In this document: positions 49,449 through 59,193 of the stretch, piece by piece
Numbering within the stretch: the stretch's first letter is position 1
Layout of the letters: each line of letters begins with the position of its first letter
Source: a bacterium
Lineage (GTDB): Bacteria > SAR324 > XYD2-FULL-50-16 > G965216635
NCBI GenBank assembly: GCA_965216635.1
Contig: OZ244188.1
Coordinates: 704,001-768,000, forward strand
DNA: 64,000 nt
Direction of reading: 5' to 3'
Notes under the pieces: model-generated
What the model saw: only the letters and a program-made list of their open reading frames with translations
What the model was told of the DNA's origin: nothing
Databases searched by the model: none
Translations under genes and position numbers: made by a program

Positions 49449-50264
49449 ATGATGTATAAAATGATACTAAGAAATGTTTTTATAACGTTTCTGATTTCTT
49501 TATCGTTCTTTGGCTGTAAAAAGGAAGCTCCTAGCGTTCTTGATACTATTAAAGAGCGAGGTGTGATGAAGGTGGGATTAGGCATTTTTGTTCCTTGGGC
49601 TATGAAAGATAAACAAGGAGATTTAGTAGGATTTGAGATAGATGTAGCCAAATCCATAGCAGAAGAACTTGGAGTAGAAATTGAATTTATTCCTACCGCT
49701 TGGGACGGAATTATTCCATCCTTACTAGCTAAAAAATTTGATATTATTATTAGCGGGATGAGTATTACAGAGGAAAGGAAGGAAAAATTGAATTTCTCCA
49801 ATCCTTATGCGAGCTCTGGTTTTGGTATTTACGCTCACAAAGAAAAAGCAAAAGGCTTTGATTCACTAGATGATTTTAATAGCTCCGAAGTAAAACTTGC
49901 CGTTCGTAGAGGAGCTACTCCTGCTATTTTAGCAAAAAAACTTCTTCCTAAGGCAGAACTTTTGCTTTTTGACGAAGAATCTCAAGTGGAACAAGAAGTT
50001 CTCAACGGCAATGTCCACGCTTCTTTAGCTTCTGAACCACAACCATCCCATATGATATACAAAAACCCTGATGTATTGTTTCGGCCTGTCAATGAAATAA
50101 TACAGGAATGGTTTGAAGGTTTAGCAGTAAGAAAGGACGATGAAAAAATATTAGAATTCTTAAATCAGTGGATTGTTAAAAATACAGAAAATGGCTGGTT
50201 AAAAAAACGACATAACTATTGGTTTGCTACTTTGGATTGGGCAGATGCTGTAGGGTTCAAATAG
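49449..50264 (+). CDS. Polar amino acid ABC substrate-binding lipoprotein
   Basis: Lipobox FFGC, GFEIDVA, WDGIIPSL..KKFDIIISGMSITEER. Confidence 0.94.
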   Translation: MMYKMILRNVFITFLISLSFFGCKKEAPSVLDTIKERGVMKVGLGIFVPWAMKDKQGDLVGFEIDVAKSIAEELGVEIEFIPTAWDGIIPSLLAKKFDIIISGMSITEERKEKLNFSNPYASSGFGIYAHKEKAKGFDSLDDFNSSEVKLAVRRGATPAILAKKLLPKAELLLFDEESQVEQEVLNGNVHASLASEPQPSHMIYKNPDVLFRPVNEIIQEWFEGLAVRKDDEKILEFLNQWIVKNTENGWLKKRHNYWFATLDWADAVGFK

Positions 50265-50267
50265 TCA

Positions 50268-51164
50268 TTGCAGGAAACCTTGAGAAATTTTATTACTACA
50301 AAAAGAAAAAAATTAGGTTTTATTGACCTGAGCATTTTTCTTTTTGTAGTTGCTATTGGTTTTTATTTTTATAATAAAATCCAAAATACTCTTGTTTATC
50401 AATGGAGATGGGAGGATCTTTGGGGCTACTTTTTTAGATGGCATCCAGAAAAAAAAGAATGGTTTTTTAATACCCTTTCTTTAGGATTGATTAGCACCCT
50501 AAAAATCATCCTTTGGTCTTTTTTTATAGCTCTTTTAGTAGGTTTTTTGCTCGCTATTATGAAAAACAGCAAAACGCCTTTATTTCGCTGGCTAGCCATC
50601 AGCTACATTGATTTTGTACGCAATATTCCTCCTTTAGTTTTTCTGTTTTTAACTTATTTTTTTTTTAGTTCACAAATCCTTCCCCATTTAGGTCTAGATA
50701 GCTTTATTTATAACCTTTCTAAACCTAAGCAAATTTTTTTAGCATTTTTTTTTATTAAGCCTACTTTATTGGAAAATTTTATTTCAGGGTTTGTAAGTTT
50801 AGCTTTTTTGGAAGCAGCCTACATGGGAGAAATTATTTGGGCGGGTATTCGCTCCATAGAAAGAGGCCAATGGGAAGCAGCCTTTAGTTTGGGATTAGCT
50901 AGATTTAGGGTATTAAAGGAAGTAGTACTACCTCAAGCGATCTTTAAAATTACTCCCGCTTTAACAGGGCAGTGCATTAATCTAGTTAAAGATTCTACAA
51001 TTTTATCTATTATATCCATTCAGGAATTAAGTTTTTCGGCAAATAATGTGATAGCTACTTCAAATTTGAGATTTGAAGTTTGGTTGACTGTTGCGGCTAT
51101 CTATTTTGTGATCTGTTTTTCGCTCTCTTTGGTGTCTAAAAGATTAGAGAGAAAGATAAGGTAA
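50268..51164 (+). CDS. Polar amino acid ABC transporter permease
   Basis: YIDFVRNIP, AYMGEI, GQWEAA.SLG, VLPQA, VKDST. Confidence 0.93.
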   Translation: MQETLRNFITTKRKKLGFIDLSIFLFVVAIGFYFYNKIQNTLVYQWRWEDLWGYFFRWHPEKKEWFFNTLSLGLISTLKIILWSFFIALLVGFLLAIMKNSKTPLFRWLAISYIDFVRNIPPLVFLFLTYFFFSSQILPHLGLDSFIYNLSKPKQIFLAFFFIKPTLLENFISGFVSLAFLEAAYMGEIIWAGIRSIERGQWEAAFSLGLARFRVLKEVVLPQAIFKITPALTGQCINLVKDSTILSIISIQELSFSANNVIATSNLRFEVWLTVAAIYFVICFSLSLVSKRLERKIR

Positions 51165-51189
51165 AATCCTATAAAATCGGAGAAGGAGT

Positions 51190-53379
51190 TTAAAAATTTT
51201 GTTCAAACCTCACTTTATAGATAGTTGTAGTCAATTTATCTCCATCCACTAGGTTGTGACTTCCATCTAAACTCGGTAAGTTTTGATTCACAGTGCTTTT
51301 TCCTTGTTCTACAACGTTGGCGATTCCTGCCTTAAAATCAATACTTCCAAATTTAGTTTTATAACCTATTTCTGTAATACTGTGGCTGTTTTTTTTCTCA
51401 TATTGAGCTAATGCGCCTGTAGTAGAATTGTGTTTTTGTGTAATTTCTCCATTACTTATGGCAAGAGATAAACCAGATTTACTACCCCAAGTATAGTCTA
51501 TTCCATAATTTAAATTAGAGGTTAAATTTTCGGTTTTAATATCAATATTTTTTGTGGTAGAATTTATAAAATATTTATCTTCATAGGTGGTAATTAAACT
51601 GGAATTAAAACTATTTACAAAAAAATTAAATTTCCTCCCTATTTTGAATTTTAAACTTCCCCCTACTATAGAAGTATTACCAAACCAGTTTTTTCCACTA
51701 TAGGACCCTTTAGTTGCTAGTAATCCATAAGATATGCTTTTCCACTGATGATCAAATTTAAGAGCAATATTTCCAGAAACTGTATCCGATGGAAAAGGTT
51801 CAAAATCTGGGACTATATTAGTGACAGAGTTCTCTAGTAAGGTTTTAGCAGATAAAAAATCATCAATAGCATTTACAGCATCTGTAGCTAATAGATCGCT
51901 AGTAGCGTATTCTCTATTTTTATAATTATTGATATCCAAACCAAGAACTTCTAAAGCTATATTGTTAAATAAATTATAAACTTCTTCAGATCTATGAAAA
52001 TTGAGAACAGTTGTTTGATAGATATCGTTAGTTGTAGTTGGTGTTAGTGATGATGCAGTAGCACCTGCTCTCCTTGCATCAGTAATAAAAGACTGTGCCT
52101 CAGAAATCAGAGAAGTAATTGCTGGAGAATTTCCTGCAGCAGCAATAACATTCGCAGAATCAGCAAAAACTAAAATAGAATTTATTTTTTGATAAGCAGC
52201 ATCTAAACTAGCAGTGGTTGTACCAAAATAAGTGTCATTTGTGAAAATGCTATTACTGTCAATAGCTGCGTTATAAAAATCTATTAAGGAAATTGCATTA
52301 TCATATTTCTGGCTTCCAAAGGCAGAAGAAATTCCAGCACCTAACTCTAGAATTATTTTGAAATTAATATTTTTTCTAGCAAAACCTACTTCTAACCCAT
52401 TATAATAATCATTATCTAAAGTGTAGCTTTCTATAGCTTCAGTAATAGAGTTTTCTCTATTTTTAATAGAGCTTTTTTGTTTTTCAGTTTCAACAATTAA
52501 ATTGTCTCCTCCTTGATGCGGTGATTCTAAACCCTTATCTTTAAAAATCCTCCCGTAAAACCCATCTCTACCAGAAACTTGGAAATATCCTGTAGCCTTA
52601 TTAAAATCTTGTCTAGTATCGTAATTAAAACCTGTATTAAATCTGACACTTGCAATCATAAATGTTATAAAACTTTCTAATTTTAAATTTTTACTAGGAT
52701 ACAATTCTAAATTTATTCCAACCTGTTCTTTCTTTTTATAAGAAAGATCAAGGTAAAATGTATCATTGGAAGTTTCTGTTTTTTTTTCATTTCCTACGGT
52801 TGGAGAAAAAGTAGTAGATTTTATATCCCAATCTACAACTACTTTTCCTATAAACTCCCAATTATAAATTTCTTGATCCTCTGATATTAAAGTATCTAGT
52901 ATAGGACCGCTTTCTTGTGAAGTGTTTTTCTGAGCGTATAAATTTTCTTGTGTATTTATACTTAAATCTTGTATTAAATTACTGTTTTGAGCGAGCACCG
53001 ATACTGGTTCAGTATTTATCAATAGAGTTTGATTCTTTACCAAAAAATCTACTTCTTGATTCGGTAGAGATTTATTTTTTTGAGGTGCTGAAAATAAATT
53101 TTTCGTTAAATCGTTTTCTTGAGCAGACAATACTGGCGAATTATTTATTTGCTCGTCTAAATCGTTTTCTTGAGCAGACAATACTGGCAAATTATTTATT
53201 TGCTCGTCTAAATCGTTTTCTTGAGCAGACAATTGAGTAGATAATACTGACGAATTATTTATTTGTTCGTCTAAATTGTTTCCTTGCGGATTGAGTGGAA
53301 ATTGAATTAATGTTAAAGTTATTAGAATAACTATAAAAACTATTTTGCCAAAAACTACTTTACCTATAAATTTTTTCAT
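51190..53379 (-). CDS. Putative outer-membrane beta-barrel protein with N-terminal 17-aa repeats and central helical insertion
   Basis: N-terminal hydrophobic segment; porin-like strands; C-terminal IYKVRFEQNF. Confidence 0.6.
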   Translation of the reverse strand: MKKFIGKVVFGKIVFIVILITLTLIQFPLNPQGNNLDEQINNSSVLSTQLSAQENDLDEQINNLPVLSAQENDLDEQINNSPVLSAQENDLTKNLFSAPQKNKSLPNQEVDFLVKNQTLLINTEPVSVLAQNSNLIQDLSINTQENLYAQKNTSQESGPILDTLISEDQEIYNWEFIGKVVVDWDIKSTTFSPTVGNEKKTETSNDTFYLDLSYKKKEQVGINLELYPSKNLKLESFITFMIASVRFNTGFNYDTRQDFNKATGYFQVSGRDGFYGRIFKDKGLESPHQGGDNLIVETEKQKSSIKNRENSITEAIESYTLDNDYYNGLEVGFARKNINFKIILELGAGISSAFGSQKYDNAISLIDFYNAAIDSNSIFTNDTYFGTTTASLDAAYQKINSILVFADSANVIAAAGNSPAITSLISEAQSFITDARRAGATASSLTPTTTNDIYQTTVLNFHRSEEVYNLFNNIALEVLGLDINNYKNREYATSDLLATDAVNAIDDFLSAKTLLENSVTNIVPDFEPFPSDTVSGNIALKFDHQWKSISYGLLATKGSYSGKNWFGNTSIVGGSLKFKIGRKFNFFVNSFNSSLITTYEDKYFINSTTKNIDIKTENLTSNLNYGIDYTWGSKSGLSLAISNGEITQKHNSTTGALAQYEKKNSHSITEIGYKTKFGSIDFKAGIANVVEQGKSTVNQNLPSLDGSHNLVDGDKLTTTIYKVRFEQNF
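53107..53276. repeat. 51-bp coding tandem repeat (about 3 units, SAQENDLDEQINNxPVL)
   Basis: TAAATCGTTTTCTTGAGCAGACAA recurs at 53107, 53158 and 53209. Confidence 0.95.
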
Positions 53380-53711
53380 AATCCTTGTGCGAAAATTGAT
53401 GATTACGATTACATTCTTGCAAAGACTTTGCCATTAGGAATGGATTATTTGAAAAAACAGATTTTATATAAATCTGATAGATTCAGAATAAATAGCTTTA
53501 TGTAGTTGGGGTGCTAATTTAATGTTATGGTAAGGGCTATTACCATAAGTAAAATGATATTTTTAGAGAACCATAGCAATAGCAACAAAATATAGGGGTT
53601 AAACAAAAAAAAGATACAAGGCTAGTCTTTATACTAAATAGAACCTAATAATCTATTTAAAGGTCTATTTTTAGGATTTTTTTTTTTATTTTGGTTTGAA
53701 ATTTTTTTTTT

Positions 53712-55646
53712 CTAAAAAACTGGCACTATTTTTTTATTTTTAAGCTGGTAAATAGTATAAGGGCTACTAATTTCTCCATTAGCGTCAATTTTTAGTTGTT
53801 TTTCAAAAAAATCTATAAATTCTAATGAATCCAAACGAAGTTTTAAATCTTTAGCAGATTGGATATTAAAAGTAAAAATAAGTTGTTTTAAATAATTGAG
53901 TAGGTTTGTAGTTGCTATAGCATAAATAGAAGGCTGTTTTCTTGTTTGTGTGATTTTGTAATATTCGAGATAATCTGCATACAAAGGATTTTTTATAGAA
54001 AAAGAAAAATTATCTGTAAAATAGAGATTGTTTAATTCAAGTAAATTGAGTTGAGAATTTTGGAATATTCCATTGGTTAAAATATAAGCGTTTTTTAAAT
54101 TATACGAAGAAAAAAAAGAGCTAATTAGACGGATCTTTGAAGGAGATATAGCAAGATAAAATGCATCTATACCGGGTTCTGGTGTTTTTTCTGCAAGTTC
54201 TTGAAAAGTTATTTCTTCTCTACTATTAAGATAACGATAAATTCCTGTAATTTTTCTAAAAGTACTTCTTAGTGAATCTATAGAGTCTGATTTTATTTTT
54301 TCTATAGCTATAATTTGTCCTCCGTTTTTTTCTACTTCTTTGCTGAAATGAAGTGCTTTTTGATAACTTTCCTCAGAATCATAAAAAGCAACAAATTTTT
54401 TTGCATTTAAGTATCCTATACAATATCGCACTAAAATTTCATTCTCGTGAAAAGAATTTCTCTGATAACGGTAAAAATAAGGATAGTCTTTGCCAAGAAA
54501 TTCTTCTGTAGTTAAAGAAAATAAAGGGGTCTTGTAGTTTGAAGTTTGTTTTCTTAAAGCTCTAGAATTTAATCTTGACAAGGGACCAATAACAGCAATT
54601 ACGTCTTTGTCTACGAGTTTTTTAAAAGATTTTACGGCAACATCAGGCTTTAAAGCAGTGTCTTCAAAAATAAACTCATATTGGGTGTTTTTATTTTTAA
54701 AAAAAATATTAATACTTGTTTGAATATCTAAAACAATATTCCTTATTTTTGTAGATTGAATAGAATAAGGTAGTAAAATTCCAATTTTTATTTTTTTTTT
54801 TTGGATATTTTCGCTCAAATTTTCTGCTTTTTTCAATGTTTTAGGACTATATGCTTGGGATTGTTGAATTATTAAAGAAATATTTTTTTTCGCTTCTTCT
54901 TGATTTTGCTGAAAACTGATAAGTTTTATTTTTCTTAAAAAAGCTTTTTCATTGATTTCAGGACTAGAAAATGTTTTCTCAAAGTTAGCTAAAAGCTCTG
55001 TATTATAAATTTTTGGGATAGAGTCTAGTATGAGTTTTTTATCTTCTTTTTCTGAAAGATGCTTGATGAGTCCAGATTTCGCTTTAGCTTGAGAATAATC
55101 AATAATTAATTCTTTAAAAGGTTTTATTAGGGAAGTAGGTTGGAATTTTTGCAAAAAATCTGCTTTCAAAGAAGTTTCAAAAACAAATTTGGTTTTTAGC
55201 TTATAAGAAGCATAAAGATTATAGTAAAACATTTGGTAAACATCTTTATACTGTGGAAAATATTTTAAATATTCATTACTCTTATTTAATGTATTCTCAA
55301 AATCACCCTGTAAAAAATAAAAATAGGTCAAAAGATAGAGATATATAGCATAAATACTATCTCTTTGGATTTTTTTAGGAGCTTGGATGCTCTGTAGCAA
55401 CTGGAAAGCTTGATTGTATTTTTTTTTTTTAAAATAATCTAACACGTCAAAAACGACTGCAGGGTGATATTCTTTTTGAACGGAAAATGTTTTGCTATCT
55501 AGATGAAGGTTATTGAGTTGAATGAAAATATTGGAAGTAGACTGTTTTTGATTACCATCGCTTAAAAAAGACTTAGCATAAGTACTGTCTACTAGAAAAA
55601 TCCCTAAAACTATCAATAATAGATTTCTTATAGAATAATATTTCAT
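53712..55646 (-). CDS. LppC/LpoA-like protein (TPR-like N-terminus + periplasmic binding-protein fold)
   Basis: IKIGILLPYS, FEDT, AVIGPLSR, IDAFYL. Confidence 0.7.
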   Translation of the reverse strand: MKYYSIRNLLLIVLGIFLVDSTYAKSFLSDGNQKQSTSNIFIQLNNLHLDSKTFSVQKEYHPAVVFDVLDYFKKKKYNQAFQLLQSIQAPKKIQRDSIYAIYLYLLTYFYFLQGDFENTLNKSNEYLKYFPQYKDVYQMFYYNLYASYKLKTKFVFETSLKADFLQKFQPTSLIKPFKELIIDYSQAKAKSGLIKHLSEKEDKKLILDSIPKIYNTELLANFEKTFSSPEINEKAFLRKIKLISFQQNQEEAKKNISLIIQQSQAYSPKTLKKAENLSENIQKKKIKIGILLPYSIQSTKIRNIVLDIQTSINIFFKNKNTQYEFIFEDTALKPDVAVKSFKKLVDKDVIAVIGPLSRLNSRALRKQTSNYKTPLFSLTTEEFLGKDYPYFYRYQRNSFHENEILVRYCIGYLNAKKFVAFYDSEESYQKALHFSKEVEKNGGQIIAIEKIKSDSIDSLRSTFRKITGIYRYLNSREEITFQELAEKTPEPGIDAFYLAISPSKIRLISSFFSSYNLKNAYILTNGIFQNSQLNLLELNNLYFTDNFSFSIKNPLYADYLEYYKITQTRKQPSIYAIATTNLLNYLKQLIFTFNIQSAKDLKLRLDSLEFIDFFEKQLKIDANGEISSPYTIYQLKNKKIVPVF

Positions 55647-55717
55647 AAGATAAATTAGTAAAATAAGAGCATTGCATTGACGTTCTGTGACGGCAGATAT
55701 TATTTTTGCAAATAGTA

Positions 55718-56030
55718 TAGACTTTTGAATTTGCCAAATAGGACAAAACTAGCTGTTTAGCCAAACCAAGCTTATTGTTTTTTATGGGCTATTTGTGAAA
55801 CAACCAAAGGGCTGTTTCACAGTTACATTCTTGCTTAATGCAAGGTTTTATAGTGCCCTGCTCCCATTATTGTGGCACCACGGCATTGAAAAAAAATTTT
55901 AAACTTTTGCCATTTGTGAAGGAGTACTCTTCAGTATTCCTACAAGCTAAAAATTTTTTTCGCACCTATTATAACCATTTGGCTAGCCGTCTCAGCTAAT
56001 TTTGTCCTATTTGGCAAATTCAAAGGTCTC
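55718..56030 (+). mobile_element. Modular MITE-like element copy with c. 37-bp TIRs
   Basis: AGACTTTTGAATTTGCCAAATAGGACAAAACTAGCTG ... CAGCTAATTTTGTCCTATTTGGCAAATTCAAAGGTCT. Confidence 0.88.
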
Positions 56031-56104
56031 TATAAAACTCAAACAACCATAAATAGTTAAAGCAATAAGCTAGGCTATAAACTAGCTAAGCCAATGCAAT
56101 GGTC

Positions 56105-57070
56105 TTAAAATTTATATCCAAATTCCTCTAATAATTGAATAATCTTTGGATCTTTAATAACGACACGGTATTTTGCACGAAGATTTTTAATGTAAGAATC
56201 TAAGGTAGGTTTATATTTTTTTTTATAAATTTCTTCTTTTAATAACAAACTCACCGATTCCAGCTCTACTTCAGAATTTTCACTTTTTTTAATTAGCTGG
56301 ATTAAATAGTAACCTCCATTAGTCTTAATGGGCTCGCTGATTTCATTTATTTTAAGGATTTTAATAGTATCAGCAAATTCTGTAACCATGTCCTCTATAG
56401 TTGTGGGCGGCAATTCTCCTTTATTTTGCTGTACAAAAGGATCATCGGAATATTTTAAAATTAGTTCACCAAAATTATTGTTCTGTATTGCTACTTTCCG
56501 AATTTCAAACAATTCTTCAGGATTTTGCTTTTTAAGTAGCAATTTTATATGGTAAAAAGTTTGTGTGGGGTATTGTGCTTGATAAAGCTGTGCTATTTCT
56601 TCATCACTGATTTCAATAGTAACCTGTAGACGACGCAACATAAGTTCTCCTATTTGTTTTTTCCTGATTTCCTTCCTAAAATAGCGAATATTCTGTCCTC
56701 TATCGTTTAATAGTTGTTCTAAATCTTTATTATTTAATTGATTTGATTTTTGGAAATTAAGTAGAGCTTGATTGATATCTCTGGGTCCAATGTTAATTCC
56801 CAATTGCTTAGATTCTGCTATTAGTAAAATCTCCAGTATTAAATCATTAATAAGGTTTGCTTTTTCTTGTGGTGATAAAACCGTGCTAGTTTCTATTTCA
56901 TACTGTTTCAATATCAAAAAAAGTTCATTTTGTGTGATAGTTTCTTTATCTACAGTGATTAATATTCTATCTAAAGGAGCAGATTGAGCAAAAAGCATCG
57001 GATTCATCAAAGAAAAAACAACAATCCCCCATAAAAAACAAGGAAATTTATTTAATTTAAAGATATTCAT
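56105..57070 (-). CDS. surA: SurA-like chaperone / parvulin PPIase
   Basis: DRILITVDKETIT, YHIKLL, KYSDDP...KGEL, EISEPIKT..GYYLI. Confidence 0.75.
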   Translation of the reverse strand: MNIFKLNKFPCFLWGIVVFSLMNPMLFAQSAPLDRILITVDKETITQNELFLILKQYEIETSTVLSPQEKANLINDLILEILLIAESKQLGINIGPRDINQALLNFQKSNQLNNKDLEQLLNDRGQNIRYFRKEIRKKQIGELMLRRLQVTIEISDEEIAQLYQAQYPTQTFYHIKLLLKKQNPEELFEIRKVAIQNNNFGELILKYSDDPFVQQNKGELPPTTIEDMVTEFADTIKILKINEISEPIKTNGGYYLIQLIKKSENSEVELESVSLLLKEEIYKKKYKPTLDSYIKNLRAKYRVVIKDPKIIQLLEEFGYKF

Positions 57071-57815
57071 TATATTTTTTAATAAAGGCTTTCTTTCTTT
57101 TTTTAGAACCTGTCAGAGAAAGAGAAATTATTTTATCTACTTTAAAAAGATAACCATTGAGATAATGTTCTATAGTTTGAGGAATAAACATTTGCTCAGG
57201 ATGCCAGTTTTTTAAAAAAATTTCATATTTTAATTGCTGATCCTTGTAGTAGAGGGTGCGTTGTATTTTTTCTGTCCTATAATTTTCTCTATTGATAAGA
57301 ATATAAAAATATTCCGTACCCAGCTGGTAAAAAAAATCTAAATCTTTCTTTACGATTTGGACTTTATGGTAATTAACACCTAAATTTTGATAATTTTGTC
57401 TAAGCGCAATTTCTGTTTTTGGATAAAATTGAGTGAATACAGGGAATACTTCCAAAAAAGAAAATTTATTTTTTTTATCTAAAATTTCAGATATATTTTT
57501 TTTATTTTTTTGCTTTACAACTAAATGTACTAATTTTTTAGAAGAACTAAAAGTTTTTACAGCTAGAAAATCATCACGAATCCAAATGATTGTTTGAGTA
57601 TAATCACCTGTTTTTTTAAGGGTAGATTTTTTTTTCAAGCTAGCATTCGGAAATTCGTAGGTTGTTGTTTCTGTTTGAATAAAAAACTGTTTTAGATTTT
57701 TTTGTGCTTCAATAACGTTGACGGTAATTTTTTTATATTCGCTTGTAGCAGCAAAAATAGGTATGCCGAAAATATGTACGGATAAACAAAAAAAAATCCA
57801 AAAAAAAAATTTCAT
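57057..57815 (-). CDS. Exported hypothetical protein
   Basis: Signal peptide; in operon between secG and surA-like gene. Confidence 0.65.
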   Translation of the reverse strand: MKFFFWIFFCLSVHIFGIPIFAATSEYKKITVNVIEAQKNLKQFFIQTETTTYEFPNASLKKKSTLKKTGDYTQTIIWIRDDFLAVKTFSSSKKLVHLVVKQKNKKNISEILDKKNKFSFLEVFPVFTQFYPKTEIALRQNYQNLGVNYHKVQIVKKDLDFFYQLGTEYFYILINRENYRTEKIQRTLYYKDQQLKYEIFLKNWHPEQMFIPQTIEHYLNGYLFKVDKIISLSLTGSKKRKKAFIKKYNEYL

Positions 57816-57890
57816 AAATATTTTAGGGTATTTTTAAAAAACCAAAATTCGTTTTAAAATAAAAATATTTTTGAGACCAACAATTTGAAT

Positions 57891-58163
57891 TTATTGGGAT
57901 TGATTAGTACCAGATTTTTCTTTGTCAAGAACAGAAGCCTCATTAGAAGAAAGCACAGCCAATGATACAGAAGTTACTATAAAAATAATAGCTAAAACTG
58001 TGGTCAATTTTCCTACTAAATTTTCTGGTGTTTGTATTTGATTGACCTGTCCAACTCCTCCAAAAGTAGCTCCCAACTGAGAACCTAATCCCGTCTGCAT
58101 TAAAACAATAAGAATCAATAAAACGCATATTATAATATGAAATACTAGTAAAATTTGAAACAT
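57891..58163 (-). CDS. secG: Preprotein translocase subunit SecG
   Basis: HIIICVLLILIVLMQ.G.G..LGATFGG, KLTTVLA..F. Confidence 0.9.
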   Translation of the reverse strand: MFQILLVFHIIICVLLILIVLMQTGLGSQLGATFGGVGQVNQIQTPENLVGKLTTVLAIIFIVTSVSLAVLSSNEASVLDKEKSGTNQSQ

Positions 58164-58195
58164 AGTTTAATAAAAATGAAAGTTAAAACCGAGTC

Positions 58196-58266
58196 AGGCG
58201 ACGGTCGGATTCGAACCGACGTTCAAGGTTTTGCAGACCTGTGCCTGACCACTTGGCTACGTCGCC
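58196..58266 (-). tRNA. tRNA-Cys (GCA), CCA not encoded
   Basis: Minus strand GGCGACGTAGCCAAGTGGTCAGGCACAGGTCTGCAAAACCT...GTTCGAATCCGACCGTCGCCT. Confidence 0.96.
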
Positions 58267-58267
58267 A

Positions 58268-58342
58268 TGGAGCGAGAAACGGGATTTGAACCCGCGACCC
58301 CAACCTTGGCAAGGTTGTGCTCTACCGCTGAGCTATTCTCGC
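58268..58342 (-). tRNA. tRNA-Gly (GCC), CCA encoded
   Basis: Minus strand GCGAGAATAGCTCAGCGGTAGAGCACAACCTTGCCAAGGTTG...GTTCAAATCCCGTTTCTCGCTCCA. Confidence 0.97.
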
Positions 58343-58393
58343 AATTATAAAGACATTCTAATATTATTTTCTTAAAAAATCAATAGCATCTTA

Positions 58394-59170
58394 CTATCCT
58401 CTGATTTTTTTAACAAAATTACCAATAGATTCAGAAAAATTGGCAGGATTTTTCTCTAAATATTGAATAAAAGCACTACCTACAATAGCCCCGCTAGCGT
58501 AGCTACAGGCTTCTGCAAAACTGCTCTTATCTTTAATATTAAAACCTATTAAGCAAGGATTTTTTAAAGCAGTTTTTTGAATTTTTTGAAAGTATAGTTT
58601 TTGAGCGTCATCTTTTTTTTTTTCTGTTCCTGTGGTGCTATTCGCAGATACAATATACAAAAACCCCCTCGCTATTTTATCCATTTGTTGCAATCTAGAT
58701 TGTGATGTTTGCGGAGTTATCAAAAAAACATTACAAAGATTATTCTTTTCAAAGTTGTCTTTATAATTTTGATATTCCAAAAAAGGTAAATCGGGGAGTA
58801 TAACCCCATCTACGCCTACTTTTTTACAAGCATTGCAGAAATTTTCTATACCCATTTGCATAACAGGATTGAGATAACCCATAAGCAAAATTGGCACATT
58901 AATTAGAGGTCTTAATTTTTCTAGTTGTTTAAAAAGTATTTTTAGAGTCATTCCACCCGCCAAAGATAGTTTGGCACTTTGTTGGATAATGGGACCGTCT
59001 GCTAAAGGATCGGAAAAAGGAATACCTATTTCTATCATATCTACTCCTGCTTTTTCTAAAGCAAGAGCTATTTTTAAAGTATCATCAAGTTTAGGAAATC
59101 CCGCAGTATAGTAAATATTTAATATTTGCGATTTTTTTCTTTTGAATAGCTCTAGTATTCTATTTTGCAT
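58394..59170 (-). CDS. trpA: Tryptophan synthase alpha chain
   Basis: TAGFP, IEIGIPFSDPLADGP.IQ, LMGYLNP, ILPDLP, GFLYIVS...TTG, GAIVGSA. Confidence 0.97.
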   Translation of the reverse strand: MQNRILELFKRKKSQILNIYYTAGFPKLDDTLKIALALEKAGVDMIEIGIPFSDPLADGPIIQQSAKLSLAGGMTLKILFKQLEKLRPLINVPILLMGYLNPVMQMGIENFCNACKKVGVDGVILPDLPFLEYQNYKDNFEKNNLCNVFLITPQTSQSRLQQMDKIARGFLYIVSANSTTGTEKKKDDAQKLYFQKIQKTALKNPCLIGFNIKDKSSFAEACSYASGAIVGSAFIQYLEKNPANFSESIGNFVKKIRG

Positions 59171-59193
59171 TATAATGTTTAGAGACTGTTGAA

